DNA of 64,000 bases from Laetmonice hystrix (Eukaryota). Positions 37,390-50,500 of this stretch are shown piece after piece. Made by a program: the position numbers and the translations under genes. The DNA lies in the NCBI GenBank assembly GCA_965235115.1, contig OZ249440.1, forward strand, positions 34,846,001-34,910,000, read 5' to 3'. Position 1 is the stretch's first letter. Each line of letters begins with the position of its first letter. Below the pieces are notes generated by a model. That model ran no database searches, was not told the origin of the DNA, and saw nothing but the letters and a program-made list of their open reading frames with translations.

Positions 37390-40386
37390 GGGCAGTGCTT
37401 GCCAGTGCAAACTTTGATATTCACTTTTGCTGGGTGCCTGGGCATGTTGGTATCCCGGACAATGAGCAAGCTGACAGAACTGCCAAGAGGGCTCTTGAAA
37501 CAGACGTCGAACCGTGTCCAATCCCAGCCTCTGACCTCAGACCTACCATCTGGGCTTACATTAAGAACACATGGCAGGCTGAATGGGATGAACAACCAAA
37601 CAATAAATTGTATCAGATCAGTCCTGTCGTGAACCAAAGGTGTCTTCACGGCCTAGCCCAACGTAGGCATGAAATTGTTTATACTCGATGCAGGATTGGT
37701 CATTCTAGATTAACCCACGTGTTTTTATTGAAGGGGGAGCCACCTCCAGAGTTTTATGGCTGTCAGTGTCCTTTGACACTGAAGCATCTTTTACTTGAGT
37801 GTGGTGATTTTACTCTGATCAGACAACGGTTTTATAGTGAGACAAGTCTTAAGGATCTTTTTAACAATGTCAGGCCAGGAGTGATTTTAGAGTTTTTGTC
37901 AGAAGCTGGACTTCTGACTCTTTTATAGTTCAGGCTCGTCGATAGCCCGGTTGGGCTGACAGGATGGAGTGTGTTTTAATGATATTCCCGTTAGGGCCCG
38001 GGATAAAATAGGCTCCTTTCATTTCATGGTCTTTTTAACCCTGTTTTCGCCGTGAAGATGGCCCCAGATGCCGGCACGGCGGAAAACCACCACTACTCAC
38101 TCACTGACTCTCACTTTTGCTGGGTGCCCGGTCATGTTGGCATCCCTGGTAATGAGCACGCTGACAGAACTGCCAAAGGGCTCTCAGTACAGACGTTGAT
38201 CCTTGTCCAATCCCAGCCTCTGACCTCAGACCTGCCATCTGGGCTTACATTAAGAACAAATGGCAGGCTGAATGGGATGAACAACCAAACAATAAATCTG
38301 TCAGATCAGTCCCATCGTGAACCAAAGGTATCATCACGGCCTAACCCAACGTTCGTTGATGACTTTAACGTCTGCTGCAGAGGCAAAAACATGAATGCCA
38401 TTGAAAGACAACTCCAACTCTGTCTTAATAGAATGCATACTTGGTCAGTGGAAAATGGTTTTAAGTTTTCCAAATCTAAAACGGTCTGCATGCACTTTTG
38501 CAAGCTGCGTGCCTTCCATCTTGACCCGAGTTGACAATGGATAGAGATCCTGTCAAAGTTGTTAAAGAGACAAAGTTTCTAGGTCTCACTTTTGACAGCA
38601 AGCTGTCTTTTATTCCTGACATTAAATCGCTCCAATCCAGATGCCTTAAGGCTCTGGATGTATTCAAGGTTTTATCTGGCACAAACTGGGGGGCAGACAG
38701 TACAGTCCTTTTACAACTGTACAGAGCTTTAATCCGGTCGAAGCTCGATTACGGCAGCATAGTTTACGGTTCTGCTTGTAAGTCTTACATTCGGCTTTTG
38801 GACATGGTTCACCACCAGGGTTTGCGGCTTTCACTTGGGGCTTTTAGAACGTCTCCTGTTCAGAGCCTCTATGTGGAGGCCAGAGAGCCCTCGCTTTACA
38901 ACAGGCGTCTGAAGCTGGCTCTGCAGTATGCAGTCAAGCTCAGGACAAACAGTTCAAATCCAGCTTACAATTGGGTTTTTCATCCTCAGTTCCAACATTT
39001 ATATGAAAGAAAGGAAACGTACATACGTCCTTTTGGACTGAGGGTGAAACCTCATCTAGAGGGACTGGATATTGATCCGAACGTCCTGGGGCAGACACAT
39101 TTTTGCAACATTCCTCCTTGGGACCTGGAAAAGCCTGACGTCATTCTTCAGTTGGCTCAACTGAAGAAGTCAGAGACTCATCCCCTGACATATTTTGACC
39201 ATTTCCTTGACGTCCAGGCAAGGTATCCGTCTCATTAAGCCTTCTATACTGATGGCTCAAAGGATGGCAGTGAAGTGTCTGCGGCAGCAGTTCTTGGCAA
39301 GCACAACTTCGGTACCCGCATCTCAGGGCAAAGTTCCATCTTCTCAGCAGAGGCCCGGGCCCTGCTTCTTGCCCTTCAAAATATTGAAGTTTCTGGCAAA
39401 AAGGACTCTCTCATTTTCTCGGATTCCTTATCCTGTCTGCAGGCACTTGCTAACTTGAATACAGATCACCCAGTGATCGTCCAAATCTTGTCCAAGTTGG
39501 CAGTGCTTGCCAATGCAAACTTTGATATTCACTTTTGCTGGGTGCCCGGCCATGTTGGCATACCGGGCAATGAGCAAGCCGACAGAACTGCCAAGAGAGC
39601 GCTTGAAACAGACGTCGAATTGTGTCCAATCCCAGCCTCTGACCTCAGACCTACCATCTGGGCTTATGTTAAAAACCAATGGCAGGCCGAATGGGATGAA
39701 CAGCCAAACAATAAATTGTATCAGATCAGTCCCATCGTAAATCAAAGGTATCATCATGGCCTAACCCAACGGAGGCATGAAATTGTTTTTACTCGATGCA
39801 GAGTTGGTCATTCTAGATTAACTCATGTGTTTTTATTGAAGGGGGAGCCGCCTCCTGAATGTTAGCTGTCAATGTCCTTTGACACTGAAGCATCTTTTAC
39901 TCGAATGTGGTGATTTTACTCTTATCAGACAAATGTTTTATAATGAGACGAGTCAGAGGCTGGACTTCTGACTCTTTTATAGATGTGTTTTGGTGGTGTT
40001 CCCGTTGGGACCCGGAATAAAATAGGTTCCTTTGATTTTATGGTGTTTGTTTTCGCCGTGAGGATGGCCCCGGATGCCGACACGGCGCAAAACCACCACT
40101 ACTCACTCACTCGAATGTGGTGATTTTACTCTCATCAGACAAAGGTTTTATAATGAGACGAGTCTTAAGGATCTTTTTAGCAATGTCAGATCAGGAGTGA
40201 TTTTAGAGTCTTTGAGTTGAGGCTGGACTTCTGACTCTTTTATAGATGTGTTTTGGTGGTGTTCCCGTTGGGACCCAGGATAAAATAGGTTCCTTTGGTT
40301 TTATGGTCTTTTAACTCTGTTTTCGCTTTGAAGATGGCCCCGGATGCCGACACGGTGCAAAACCACCACTACTCACTCACTCACTC
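37390..40386 (+). mobile_element. Head-to-tail array of four truncated LINE pieces
   Basis: Pieces at ~37390-38105 (RNase H end plus tail), ~38109-38348, ~38352-40092 (RT end, RNase H, tail) and ~40089-40386 (3' end plus tail). All match ORF2 or the 3' UTR of the full-length copy. Confidence 0.9.
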
Positions 40387-41065
40387 AATATTTCTATACG
40401 GACCAATTGTATTTTCAATAGTTGATCTCTTCATCTCCAATTCCTACAAGGTGAGACACACGGCTCCTACAACCCTATGCCCGACGTAGGCCTGTGACTT
40501 TGTGTCTAGGCCTAATTTTAAAGAAAATGGTGCCCTAAGTAGGCCTAGGCCTTATGAGATAGACCTACGTCCCAAAATGCTGTACACAGTGCAAGGGGCT
40601 TTTTTATCCCCCAATTGGCATCTACGAGGTGAGAGAGGACTGGCCAGCCCTATCAACTAACTTGATTTTTAATGTCAAGACCAACAGTAAAGTGCCGAAT
40701 GAAATGTCCAATAGGGCATAGATGCCCTATTTACGTATACATTTCAAGTCTATGGGCATATTCCTATCATACTTTCAAACCCTTCAAAGAGATAAATGTG
40801 CCTATAGTTTGAAAGACTGAAATATGCCTTGAAATATGTTTTCCCCCAATATGGCAGTCATATTGGAAGACATCAAAAAATTCTTCAACGTGCTTAATGC
40901 AAAAATATATGTACAAAAATCTGGAACACAAACTGGATAAAGCAAAATTGACATAACAGAACTATCCACCTGCACCTCTCTGGTAAAGGTCATTGTCTTC
41001 AGGCCTAAAGATCTTGATTTTCTTGCATGATCTGATATCAGCACTTTTATGCGGTATGCCTGAAC

Positions 41066-41715
41066 ACCGAAACGGACCCTAGGGGAGATATATCTTATAG
41101 ACCCACAATGGGACCGCCTCGGTCCAGGGCAGGGACCGAAACGGACCGTCAAAGTATGGAACCCTACCGAAACGGACCCTACGAAGAAAGAAGGGATCGA
41201 CATATATCTTATGGACCCACAAAGGGACCGCCTCGGTCCAGGGCAGGGACTGAAACGGACCGTCAAAGTACGGAACCCTACCGAAACGGACCCTAGGGGA
41301 CCAGGTATGGACCGAAATGGACCCTACAAAGAAAGAAGGAACCGAGATATATCCTATGGACCCACAATGGGACCGCCTCGGTCCAGGGCAGGGACCGAAA
41401 CGGACCATCAAAGTACGGAACCCTACCGAAACGGACCCTAGCGGACCAGGTATGGACCGAAACGGACCCTACAAATAAGGGATCGACATATACCTTATGG
41501 ACCACAATGGGTCCGCCTAGGTCCAGGGCAGGGACCGAAACCGACCGTCAAAGTACAAAACCCTACCGAAACGGACCCTAGGGGACCAGGTATGGACCGA
41601 AACGGACCCTACAAAGAAAGAAGGGACTGACATATACCTTATGGACCCACAATGGGACCGCCTCGGTCCAGGGCAGGGACCGAAACGGACTGTCAAAGTA
41701 CAGGATCCTACCGAC
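41066..41715. repeat. Tandem repeat, five ~115-145-bp units rich in ACCGAAACGGACC
   Basis: GGGACCGCCTCGGTCCAGGGCAGGGACCGAAACGGACCGTCAAAGTA recurs five times with near-identical intervening sequence. Confidence 0.93.
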
Positions 41716-41882
41716 AACGGGGAAAACTAATTACCCACGATGCTAGTTAGGGCAACAACTGACAACGATCACAGCAGTCACTTTTACAATGATAAAATGG
41801 TTTTTTCAAATTACATTATAACAAACTTCAATAGTGAGGTGACGTGTGGATTTTAAAATAAATAGTTCTAGGTATGAATAGC

Positions 41883-43430
41883 TCAAATCCAGATGCCTTA
41901 AGGCTCTGGATGTTCTCAAGGTTTTATCTGGCACAAACTGGGGGGCAGACAGTACAGTCCTTTTACAACTGTACAGAGCTTTAATCCGGTCGAAGCTCGA
42001 TTACGGCAGCATAGTTTACGGTTCTGCTTGTAAGTCTTACATTCGGCTTTTGGACATGGTTCACCACCAGGGTTTGCGGCTTTCACTTGGGGCTTTCAGA
42101 ACATCTCCTGTTCAGAGCCTCTATGTGGAGGCCAGAGAGCCCTCGCTTTACAACAGACGTCTGAAGCTGGCTCTGCAGTATGCAGTCAAGCTTAGGACAA
42201 ACAGTTCAAATCCAGCTTACAATTGCGTTTTTCACCCTCAGTTCCAACATTTATATGAAAGAAAGGAAACGTACATACGTCCGTTTGGACTGAGGGTGAA
42301 ACCTTATCTAGAGGAACTGGATATTGATCTGAACGTCCTAGGGCAGACACACTTTTGCAATATCCCTCCTTGGGACCTAGAAAAACCTGATGTCATCCTT
42401 CAGTTGGCTCAACTGAAGAAGTCGGCGACTCATCCCCTGACATATTTTGACCATTTCCTTGACGTCCAGGCAAGGTATCCCTCACATTATGCCTTCTATA
42501 CTGATGGCTCAAAGGATGGCAGTGAAGTGTCTGCGGCAGCAGTTCATGGCAAGCACAACTTTGGCACCCGCATCTCAGGGCAAAGTTCCATCTTCTCAGC
42601 AGAGGCCCGGGCCCTGCTTCTTGCCCTTCAAAATATTGAAGTTTCTGGCAAAAAGGACTTCCTCATTTTCTCGGATTCCTTATCCTGTCTGCAAGCACTT
42701 GCTAACTTGAACACAGATCACCCAGTGATCGTCCAAATCTTGTCCAAGTTGGCGGTGCTTGCCAATGCAAACTTTGATATTCACTTTTGCTGGGTGCCCG
42801 GCCATGTTGGCATACCGGGCAATGAGCAAGCCGACAGAACTGCCAAGAGAGCGCTTGAAACAGACGTCGAATTGTGTCCAATCCCAGCCTCTGACCTCAG
42901 ACCTACCATCTGGGCTTATGTTAAAAACAAATGGCAGGCCGAATGGGATGAACAACCAAACAATAAGTTGTATCAGATCAGTCCCATGGTAAACCAAAGG
43001 TATCATCATGGCCTAACCCAACGTAGGCATGAAATTGTTTTTACTCGATGCAGAGTTGGTCATTCTAGATTAACCCATGTGTTTTTATTGAAGGGGGAGC
43101 CACCTCCGGAGTGTTATGGCTGTCAGTGTCCTTTGACACTGAAGCATCTTTTACTCGAATGTGGCGATTTAACTCTCATCAGACAAAGGTTTTATAATGA
43201 GACGAGTCTTAAGGATCTTTTTAGTAATATCAGACCAGGAGTGATTTTAGAGTTCTTGTCAGAGGCTGGACTTCTGAATCTTTTATAGATGTGTTTTGGT
43301 GGTGTTCCCGTTGGGACCCGGGATAAAATAGGTTCCTTTGGTTTTATGATCTTATAACTCTGTTTTTGCCGTGAATATGGCCCCAGATGCCGACACGGCA
43401 CAAAACCACCACTACTCACTCACTCTCACT
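41883..43430 (+). mobile_element. 5'-truncated LINE copy (open 3' third of ORF2, 3' UTR, tail)
   Basis: ORF 42050-43288 is nearly identical to the ORF2 C-terminus (YTDGSK, AEARA, SDSLS, WVPGHVGIPGNE). A further 3' end lies at ~43505-43607. Confidence 0.95.
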
Positions 43431-44351
43431 GTCACTGTCACGAACAGAGACCAGTGTATTCATAATCCCAGTGGGGATTACCAAGGGTGCACGCTCATTA
43501 ACCCTTAAAATAGGTTCTTTTAATTTTATGGTCTTTTTAACTCTGTTTTCGCCATGAAGATGGCCCCGGATGCTGACACGGCGGAAAAACCACCACTACT
43601 CACTCACGCTCTTGATTCAACTTGATGCTCTCCATGGATTCATTGAGCAACCAGAGTGCGTCTTCAACTGATGGTCGCCACTGCTGTTTTTCTGCCATTT
43701 TGTTTTTTTCTTACACTTCTTTTTCTTTCAAAATGTTCTCTTTTTTTTCTTCAGTCGTCGTGCCATAAATGCTTAATTTCAAGCAATGCCCGGGTTCTCC
43801 ACCATGTCAGGGATCTCTTTTGTTTCTTAATTAGAGGTATGGCTTTCAGTCAGAACTGACAACAATGTTTTATATAACTTCAGACTTTATTCTCAGCAGC
43901 GTGGCTACATGCTCTCTCTCTCATGGGTCTTGACTCCCGGTTTCCACTCCTTCCTTATCCTGTCTGCAAGCACTTGCTAACTTGAACACAGATCACCCAG
44001 TTCGACAGAACTTCCAACTGTAGTAACTACTTGAACGTGAGACTGGCGGTCTACTTGTTCTTTCTGCCAGCACTGTGGTGCTCTCTGCCCTCTCGACCTG
44101 CACTGCATGTGCTCTACCTGATTGCCAATGCATAGATAAAGTTATTAAATGAAACTTGGCTTGCTAATTATGGACAAACACACCACTGACACTCAACTGG
44201 CTTAAAGAGGGTTATAATGATGCACCTTCAGACATAATCATGACAATATTCACTATGTGTCCCAGGGTTGTCTAACATTTACAAATTTGTTACTGTACAT
44301 CCGACTTGAATCTCGGAATTCTGTCATAAGACAGGCCAAACTGGCCTTAAA

Positions 44352-44780
44352 TTACTTTGAAAATGTCATACTTACTTTATATGTCATACTTAACTGGACA
44401 CACGGGGCTAATTTTTTAAGACAATCAACTCGTGCAACACATTGACAATTACTACTACTCATACAACATACGTTTGACTTACAGTTTCCTACAAAGATAA
44501 GTATAGAGGAATCCACAAAGATAAGTATAGAGGAATCCACAAGTCCTATCTCTCCTGAGGTGTCTTCCGCATACACGTACCCTCTGGGGTTTTGGGGTGT
44601 ACTCCCATACCACCATGGCAACATAACTGTATATATTGCTCCCTCATGAATCCACAGCTTGCCCGGACCACCAGAGTAGCTGTACTGGGCACGGAAAACC
44701 ACTGCATCCTGTCAATACACAGACCATGTGTGGTCACCCTCTTTCACATTATTTTTGATATATCTCGAAATATATTTCAT
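44352..44780 (-). pseudogene. Small ORF with SH3-like segment and one premature stop
   Basis: MKYISRYIKNNVKEGDHTWSVY*QDAVVFRAQYSYSGGPGKLWIHEGAIYTV...GYVYAEDTSGEIGLVDSSIL loosely fits SH3 spacing. Contains a 21-bp tandem duplication. Confidence 0.3.
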
Positions 44781-45190
44781 TCATCAAATCTAAATAGAAT
44801 CAATAGGGTTCGGACACCTCATATAGTATAAAAATCAAAAATCAACATTTACAAGGACATTTTATATAGTCAAATGATCTCTAGATGGCACCAGCACACA
44901 TACGTGATCACTGAGATTCGGTCTTTTCCTAACCTAATCTGTCAAAGACTCTATTAGAAAACAGAGGTCTTGGTTTTCTAAAAGTAATATTCAAACATGA
45001 TATGATTGCTCGTCGATAAGAGCAAAACTTGTCTCAGCACTAGTGGATAGGAAACATTTCCACTGCGTTGATCAGAGCCTTTTTATCCATTTGTGACGGC
45101 AACACCCAGGCTCGCATGTCATCGGTTCGCCAAGGAAATTGACGAGAAACTAAAGATACTCTTACTGTCTCCTGTAGTCTAGCGTACGTT

Positions 45191-45615
45191 TTACTTTGTC
45201 ACAGCTGTGTGTCGGACATGATCGAACAGCAGAAGAGATCGAACAGCAGAAGAGGATAAAATGTTCACACGGTCGACATGATCAGAACCCCGGTACCGTG
45301 AAGGTTTTCTCTGTTGCCTAGTGGGCCAACGGTGCTGTGTAGCAGGCACTGGTGTCGACTTCCCCGCCTCAACGTCTGGCGTGTGTGCTCCTTTGACACC
45401 GGTACCTGGGAAGTATTGGATGGGGTTGGGAGTACGCACATACGCTATCTTGATTCGGTCGAGATGAATAGCGGTTTTCACCTTCCCAGTAGATGGGTCT
45501 CTGAGACTTACAGGATGAGGACTTTCCACCTCATGTACGACAAATGGGCCTTGCCATTTTGGGCAAAGCTTCATGCTTGCAGCAGTGACATCATGCCTGA
45601 AATATACGTAATCGC
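45191..45615 (-). pseudogene. Gypsy-type LTR retrotransposon integrase C-terminal (GPY/F) fragment
   Basis: GDYVYF...KLCPKWQGPFVVHEV...IHLDRIKIAY. Confidence 0.75.
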
Positions 45616-46258
45616 CCAGTGGTGGGCGTAAGAAATGGAGACTTTCTTCTTGAAAAATGAGAGAAGGTGTATACATTTTGACAAGGAAACTAAATTCTAT
45701 GCTATCCCTATCCCTGACCTTAACCCTAACCCCTGCCCAAACAACCCCACGGGGACCGGGGTAAGAATGTTCCCCAGCCCCCCCTGGCTGTTCGTAAGAG
45801 GCGAATAAATGGGGCGACTTGTTTGCCGTGAGTCGCGACCCGTGTCGGTGGAGGAAGAGGTCCTGGTACCTGAGGACGGTGAATTGCTGCGGCTTTTCAC
45901 AGGTCCAACACGGTGCTTTGGCTCCTACTTCACCTAGACGGGAGGTTGGAGAGGCCCGATCCAATCAATCGGCTGGTCACGCCTTGCCCTAGGATTTTTT
46001 GTATTGAGTACCCTTTACAGTGGATTTAATTCTCTAAAACAATAGGCAACATCTATCGTAACTATTTCTTCTTTATTCCTAGAAGGCGGTGGCTTAGGGT
46101 CAATTGAGTAATGGTAACAACCTCTTTCGTTCCATTGGTTGAGTATACCAACCCTATATCCTTGGTTTGCAACTGCTGGTTACCGCAGCTCTGCACTTCC
46201 CCTTGTTGGGCTCCGTGGAGGGTGGGGAATAGGGTTGGTGAAAAACTCTAACACAACC

Positions 46259-47548
46259 ATGGCATCAAACAATCCCCCCAAACGGAAACTAGTGAAATTA
46301 ACGGACTCTGACCGGTCTATGGAGAACGAACCTTTGACTGAATGGCCTCGTTTCATCATTGTTGAATCAGCAGAACCTGAACGACCAATATCTAAGCTAT
46401 CCCCTTTTGCCATACATAAAGGCATATTGGGGATAGCTGGAACAGTCAAAGATTGTAAACGGTTGAGATCTGGCCAACTGTTGGTAGAGTGTGCCACGAG
46501 GGCCCAATCTGCAAACCTGTTGAGTGCCACAGTACTCGCAGGTTACAGTATTAAGGCCTCTCGTCACCGGACGCTCAACTCAAGCAAGGGTGTGATTCGA
46601 ACAAACTCTCTTGACACCACAACTGAACAGGAGATCCTTGCTGGGTTGAGCTGGCAAGGTGTGTCGGAAGTGAAAAGATTGATTGTGAAACGAGATGGTG
46701 AAACCATAAAGACACACACTTATTTTCTCACTTTCGACAGGCCCACTGTACCAGTGGAACTCGAGATTGGCTTTTTGAAAGTAAAGGTGGATGCCTATAT
46801 CCCAAACCCTCTGAGATGCTATAAATGTCAGAGGTTTGGGCATGGGACTGACTCGTGCCGGAATCAGCAGAAGTGTTCTCGCTGTGCTGAGACTGGCCAT
46901 GACCATCTGGAATGTCAAAAACCCCCAAAATGTGCAAACTGTGGGGAGGACCACTCTGCTACTTCTCGTGACTGTTCCGTGTGGAAAAAGGAAAAAGAAA
47001 TTCTGAAGGTAAAGACAGAAAGAAAGATCAGCTTTCCTGAGGCACGCAAGTTGGTGGAGCAGTATATGCTTCCACCAACCATTAAAACCTATGCTGCTGC
47101 CACCAAGCCTACCACACGGACTTTCGCTTGTCAAACGGAGATGGTGTGGGTCAAGGGGGATAAACCCGTGACCTACCCTGATCCTGCTGACAGCACGAGC
47201 CAACCACCTAAGATTGCCATCTCGAGTCAACCACTTAAGAAAGCCGTCGCAACACAAAGCCAGACAACCTCGGTTCCTCCTCCACAGGCCGGGCCGAGTA
47301 CCAAAGAACCATCCCCCAAAAAAGATCAACAGAGTCCCAAAGAACCATCCCCTAAAAAAGATCAACCAAAGAAGAAAATAATTACAGATCGGCTGCCCAA
47401 AGCAGCCGCCAACAACAGTGCAATAGCACTCACAAATAAGTTTCAGCATCTTCAAGATGTTGAAATGGCTGACGCTACATCTTGCCGTAGTCGCAGCCTT
47501 TCCCCCAAAATAAAAACTAGGGGGCGTTTGCCTGTTAAACCACCTTGA
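46259..47548 (+). CDS. LINE ORF1, gag-like nucleic-acid-binding protein
   Basis: ATG 46259 (MASNNPPKRK). PNPLRCYKCQRFGH, CSRCAETGH and CANCGEDH form three zinc knuckles. Also LSPFAI, LRSGQLLVE and ISFPEARK motifs. Confidence 0.92.
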   Translation: MASNNPPKRKLVKLTDSDRSMENEPLTEWPRFIIVESAEPERPISKLSPFAIHKGILGIAGTVKDCKRLRSGQLLVECATRAQSANLLSATVLAGYSIKASRHRTLNSSKGVIRTNSLDTTTEQEILAGLSWQGVSEVKRLIVKRDGETIKTHTYFLTFDRPTVPVELEIGFLKVKVDAYIPNPLRCYKCQRFGHGTDSCRNQQKCSRCAETGHDHLECQKPPKCANCGEDHSATSRDCSVWKKEKEILKVKTERKISFPEARKLVEQYMLPPTIKTYAAATKPTTRTFACQTEMVWVKGDKPVTYPDPADSTSQPPKIAISSQPLKKAVATQSQTTSVPPPQAGPSTKEPSPKKDQQSPKEPSPKKDQPKKKIITDRLPKAAANNSAIALTNKFQHLQDVEMADATSCRSRSLSPKIKTRGRLPVKPP

Positions 47549-50500
47549 TGGCAGGCAAATGCTTCCTTCAATGGAATTGTCGAGGCTTTAGAGCCAATTT
47601 TAATGAACTCAGAGTTTTAGCAGAAAACCTCAACCCTCTTGCCTTTAGCTTACAAGAAACATTCCTTACCGCCCGAGACAAGGTCTCATTTAAGGGCTAT
47701 CAGACTTTCTTTGGTTTTGGACCAGATGGTGACCGTGCTGCTGGCGGCACTGCCATTCTGGTTCGAAAAGACCTCATCCATAGCCCTGTAACAATAGACA
47801 CACCGTTACAAGCAATAGCCATTCGCCTAACTCTGCATAAAGCCATCACTATCTGTTCCATATATATTCCGCCAAATAGTGTCTTGACCCAGCAGGATCT
47901 TGATGATCTTGTGGGTCAACTACCATCCCCATATCTCCTTTTGGGAGACTTTAACGGCCACAATCCCTTATGGGGTGGCACCACAACTGATGGCAAGGGC
48001 AAGAGGATTGAAGAGTTCATTGATAATCATGCTCTGTGCATTTTTAATGATGGTTCAAACACATACTTACATCCTGGTCATGGCACTTATACAGCCATTG
48101 ACCTTGCAATAGCTGAACCAGATCTGCTGCTGGATTTTTCCTGGAGGGTCTGGGATGACCTTTGCGGGAGTGACCACTTTCCCACCATCCTTACCTATGA
48201 AGGACCCAACATAGGGGAAAAGCAACAACGGTGGCAACTTAAGAAAGCCGACTGGCACTCCTTCCAGACCCTCTGTCGGGAGGAATTCACAGCAGACACC
48301 ATTAACGATCCTGAAGCAATGGATGATTTTACCTCGCTTTTAATCTCCATTGCAGACAGGACAGTTCCTAAAACCTCGACAATTCCTAAACATGTCTCAA
48401 ATCCATGGTTTAATGAAGACTGCAAGCAGGCAATTAAAGACCGCAAGAAAGCAGAACGCCTTTTCAACAGGCATCCAACTGCAGTGAACCTTACCAATTT
48501 TAAAATTATGAGAGCAAGGGCACGCCGTATCTGCAAAGAGAGACGGAGGCAGAGCTGGAGAGACTACGTCTCCAGCCTGACCTCTCGTACTCCTATCAAA
48601 AAAGTCTGGAGTATGATACGGAAACTTAAAGGCAAGGGAGGTGGTTCTGGAGTCCAACACTTAAAATATCAAGACACCCTACTAACCACCACAGATGAAA
48701 TAGCGAATAAACTGGCCAAAACCTTTGAAACAAACTCCTCCTCCAGAAACTGCCTCCCACAATTCCAAGCCATTCGTGCTCAAAAAGAGAAACAAAAGCT
48801 AAACTTTCATTCTGACAACAGAGAAGAGTATAACCAACTCTTCTCTATTGAAGAACTCAAATGCTCTCTTAGAAAATCACACGACACTGCAGTTGGACCT
48901 GACAAAATACATTACCAATTTTTGAAACATTTACCTGATACCACCCTTCTCATACTTCTTCACATTTTCAACAATATCTGGATAACTGGTAATATACCCC
49001 TTTCCTGGCAAGAAGCAATAATCATCCCCATCCCAAAACCAGGAAAAGACCATAGTGAAGCTAACAATTACAGACCAATAGCCTTAACAAGTTGCCTGTG
49101 CAAAACCATGGAGAGAATGATTAATGATCGCCTCGTCTGGAAGCTGGAGTTTGAGCAGCTCATAACCGAGTTTCAGTGTGGCTTCCGGCGAGGGAGAAGT
49201 ACTCTTGATCATCTAATCAGACTCGAGACATACATCCGAGATGCTTTTATCAACCGTGAACATGTTGTTGCCGTCTTTTTCGACCTTGAAAAGGCATACG
49301 ACACAACATGGAAGTACGGCATTTTAAAGGATTTACATGATATGAGTTTTAGGGGGCGTTTGCCCCTTTTCATATCTCAGTTTTTATCCAACAGACATTT
49401 TCAAGTCAGAGTAGGCACGACCCTGTCTGACTTGCACGACCAAGAATTAGGTGTGCCTCAGGGAAGCATTTTGTCCGTTACCCTTTTTAGTATTAAGATC
49501 AACAGCATTGTTAACTCGGTTAAAACTGGCATGCCCTGCAGCCTGTTCGTCGATGACTTTGACGTCTGCTGCAGAGGCAAAAACATGAATGCCATTGAGA
49601 GGCAGCTCCAACTCTGTCTCAACAGAATCCACACTTGGTCGGTGGAAAATGGTTTTAAATTTTCAAAATCTAAAACGGTCTGCATGCATTTCTGCAAACT
49701 GCGTGCTTTCCACCTTGACCCCGAGTTGACAATGGATGGAGATCCTATCAAGGTTGTTAAAGAGACAAAGTTTCTGGGACTCACTTTTGACAGCAAGCTG
49801 TCTTTTATCCCTCACATTAAATCCCTCAAATCCAGATGCCTTAAGGCTCTGGATGTTCTCAAGGTTTTATCTGGCACAAACTGGGGGGCAGACAGTACAG
49901 TCCTTTTACAACTGTACAGAGCTTTAATCCGGTCGAAGCTCGATTACGGTAGCATAGTTTATGGTTCTGCTTGTAAGTCTTACATTCGGCTTTTGGACAC
50001 GGTTCACCACCAGGGTTTGCGGCTTTCACTTGGGGCTTTTAGAACGTCCCCTGTTCAGAGCCTCTATGTGGAGGCCCGAGAGCCATCGCTTGACAACAGG
50101 CGTCTGAAGCTGGCTCTGCAGTATGCAGTCAAGCTCGGGACAAACAGTTCAAATCCAGCTTACAATTGCGTTTTTCACCCTCAGTTCCACCATTTATATG
50201 AAAGAAAGGAAACGTACATACGTCCTTTTGGACTGAGGGTGAAACCTCATCTAGAGGAACTGGATATTGATCTGAACGTCCTGGGGCAGACACACTTTTG
50301 CAACATTCCTCCTTGGGACCTGGAAAAGCCTGACGTCATCCTTCAGTTGGCTCAACTGAAGAAGTCAGAGACTCATCCCCTGACATATTTTGAACATTTT
50401 CTTGGCGTCCAGGCAAGGTACCCCTCACATTATGCCTTCTATACAGATGGCTCAAAGGATGGCAGTGATGTGTCTGCAGCTGCAGTTCATGGCAAGCACA

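Noticed and set aside
41066..41715. CRISPR or coding interpretation of the tandem array and its ORFs
   Set aside because: The intervening sequences are themselves repeated, and the ORFs are by-products of the repeat.
45700..45733. Telomere-like TAACCC repeats beside the full-length LINE, suggesting telomere targeting
   Set aside because: Only two to three degenerate units are present and no other LINE copy has such flanks.
45744..45890. HDV-like ribozyme at the LINE 5' end
   Set aside because: The region is GC-rich and hairpin-prone, but I could not build the nested double pseudoknot by eye.
45191..45964. 257-aa ORF as a single gene
   Set aside because: It is a chance read-through of antisense LINE 5' UTR, a small repeat and a Gypsy integrase fragment.
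46580..47455. 291-aa antisense ORF and other short ORFs overlapping LINE or transposase ORFs
   Set aside because: These are shadow frames of real coding sequence with no recognisable motifs.
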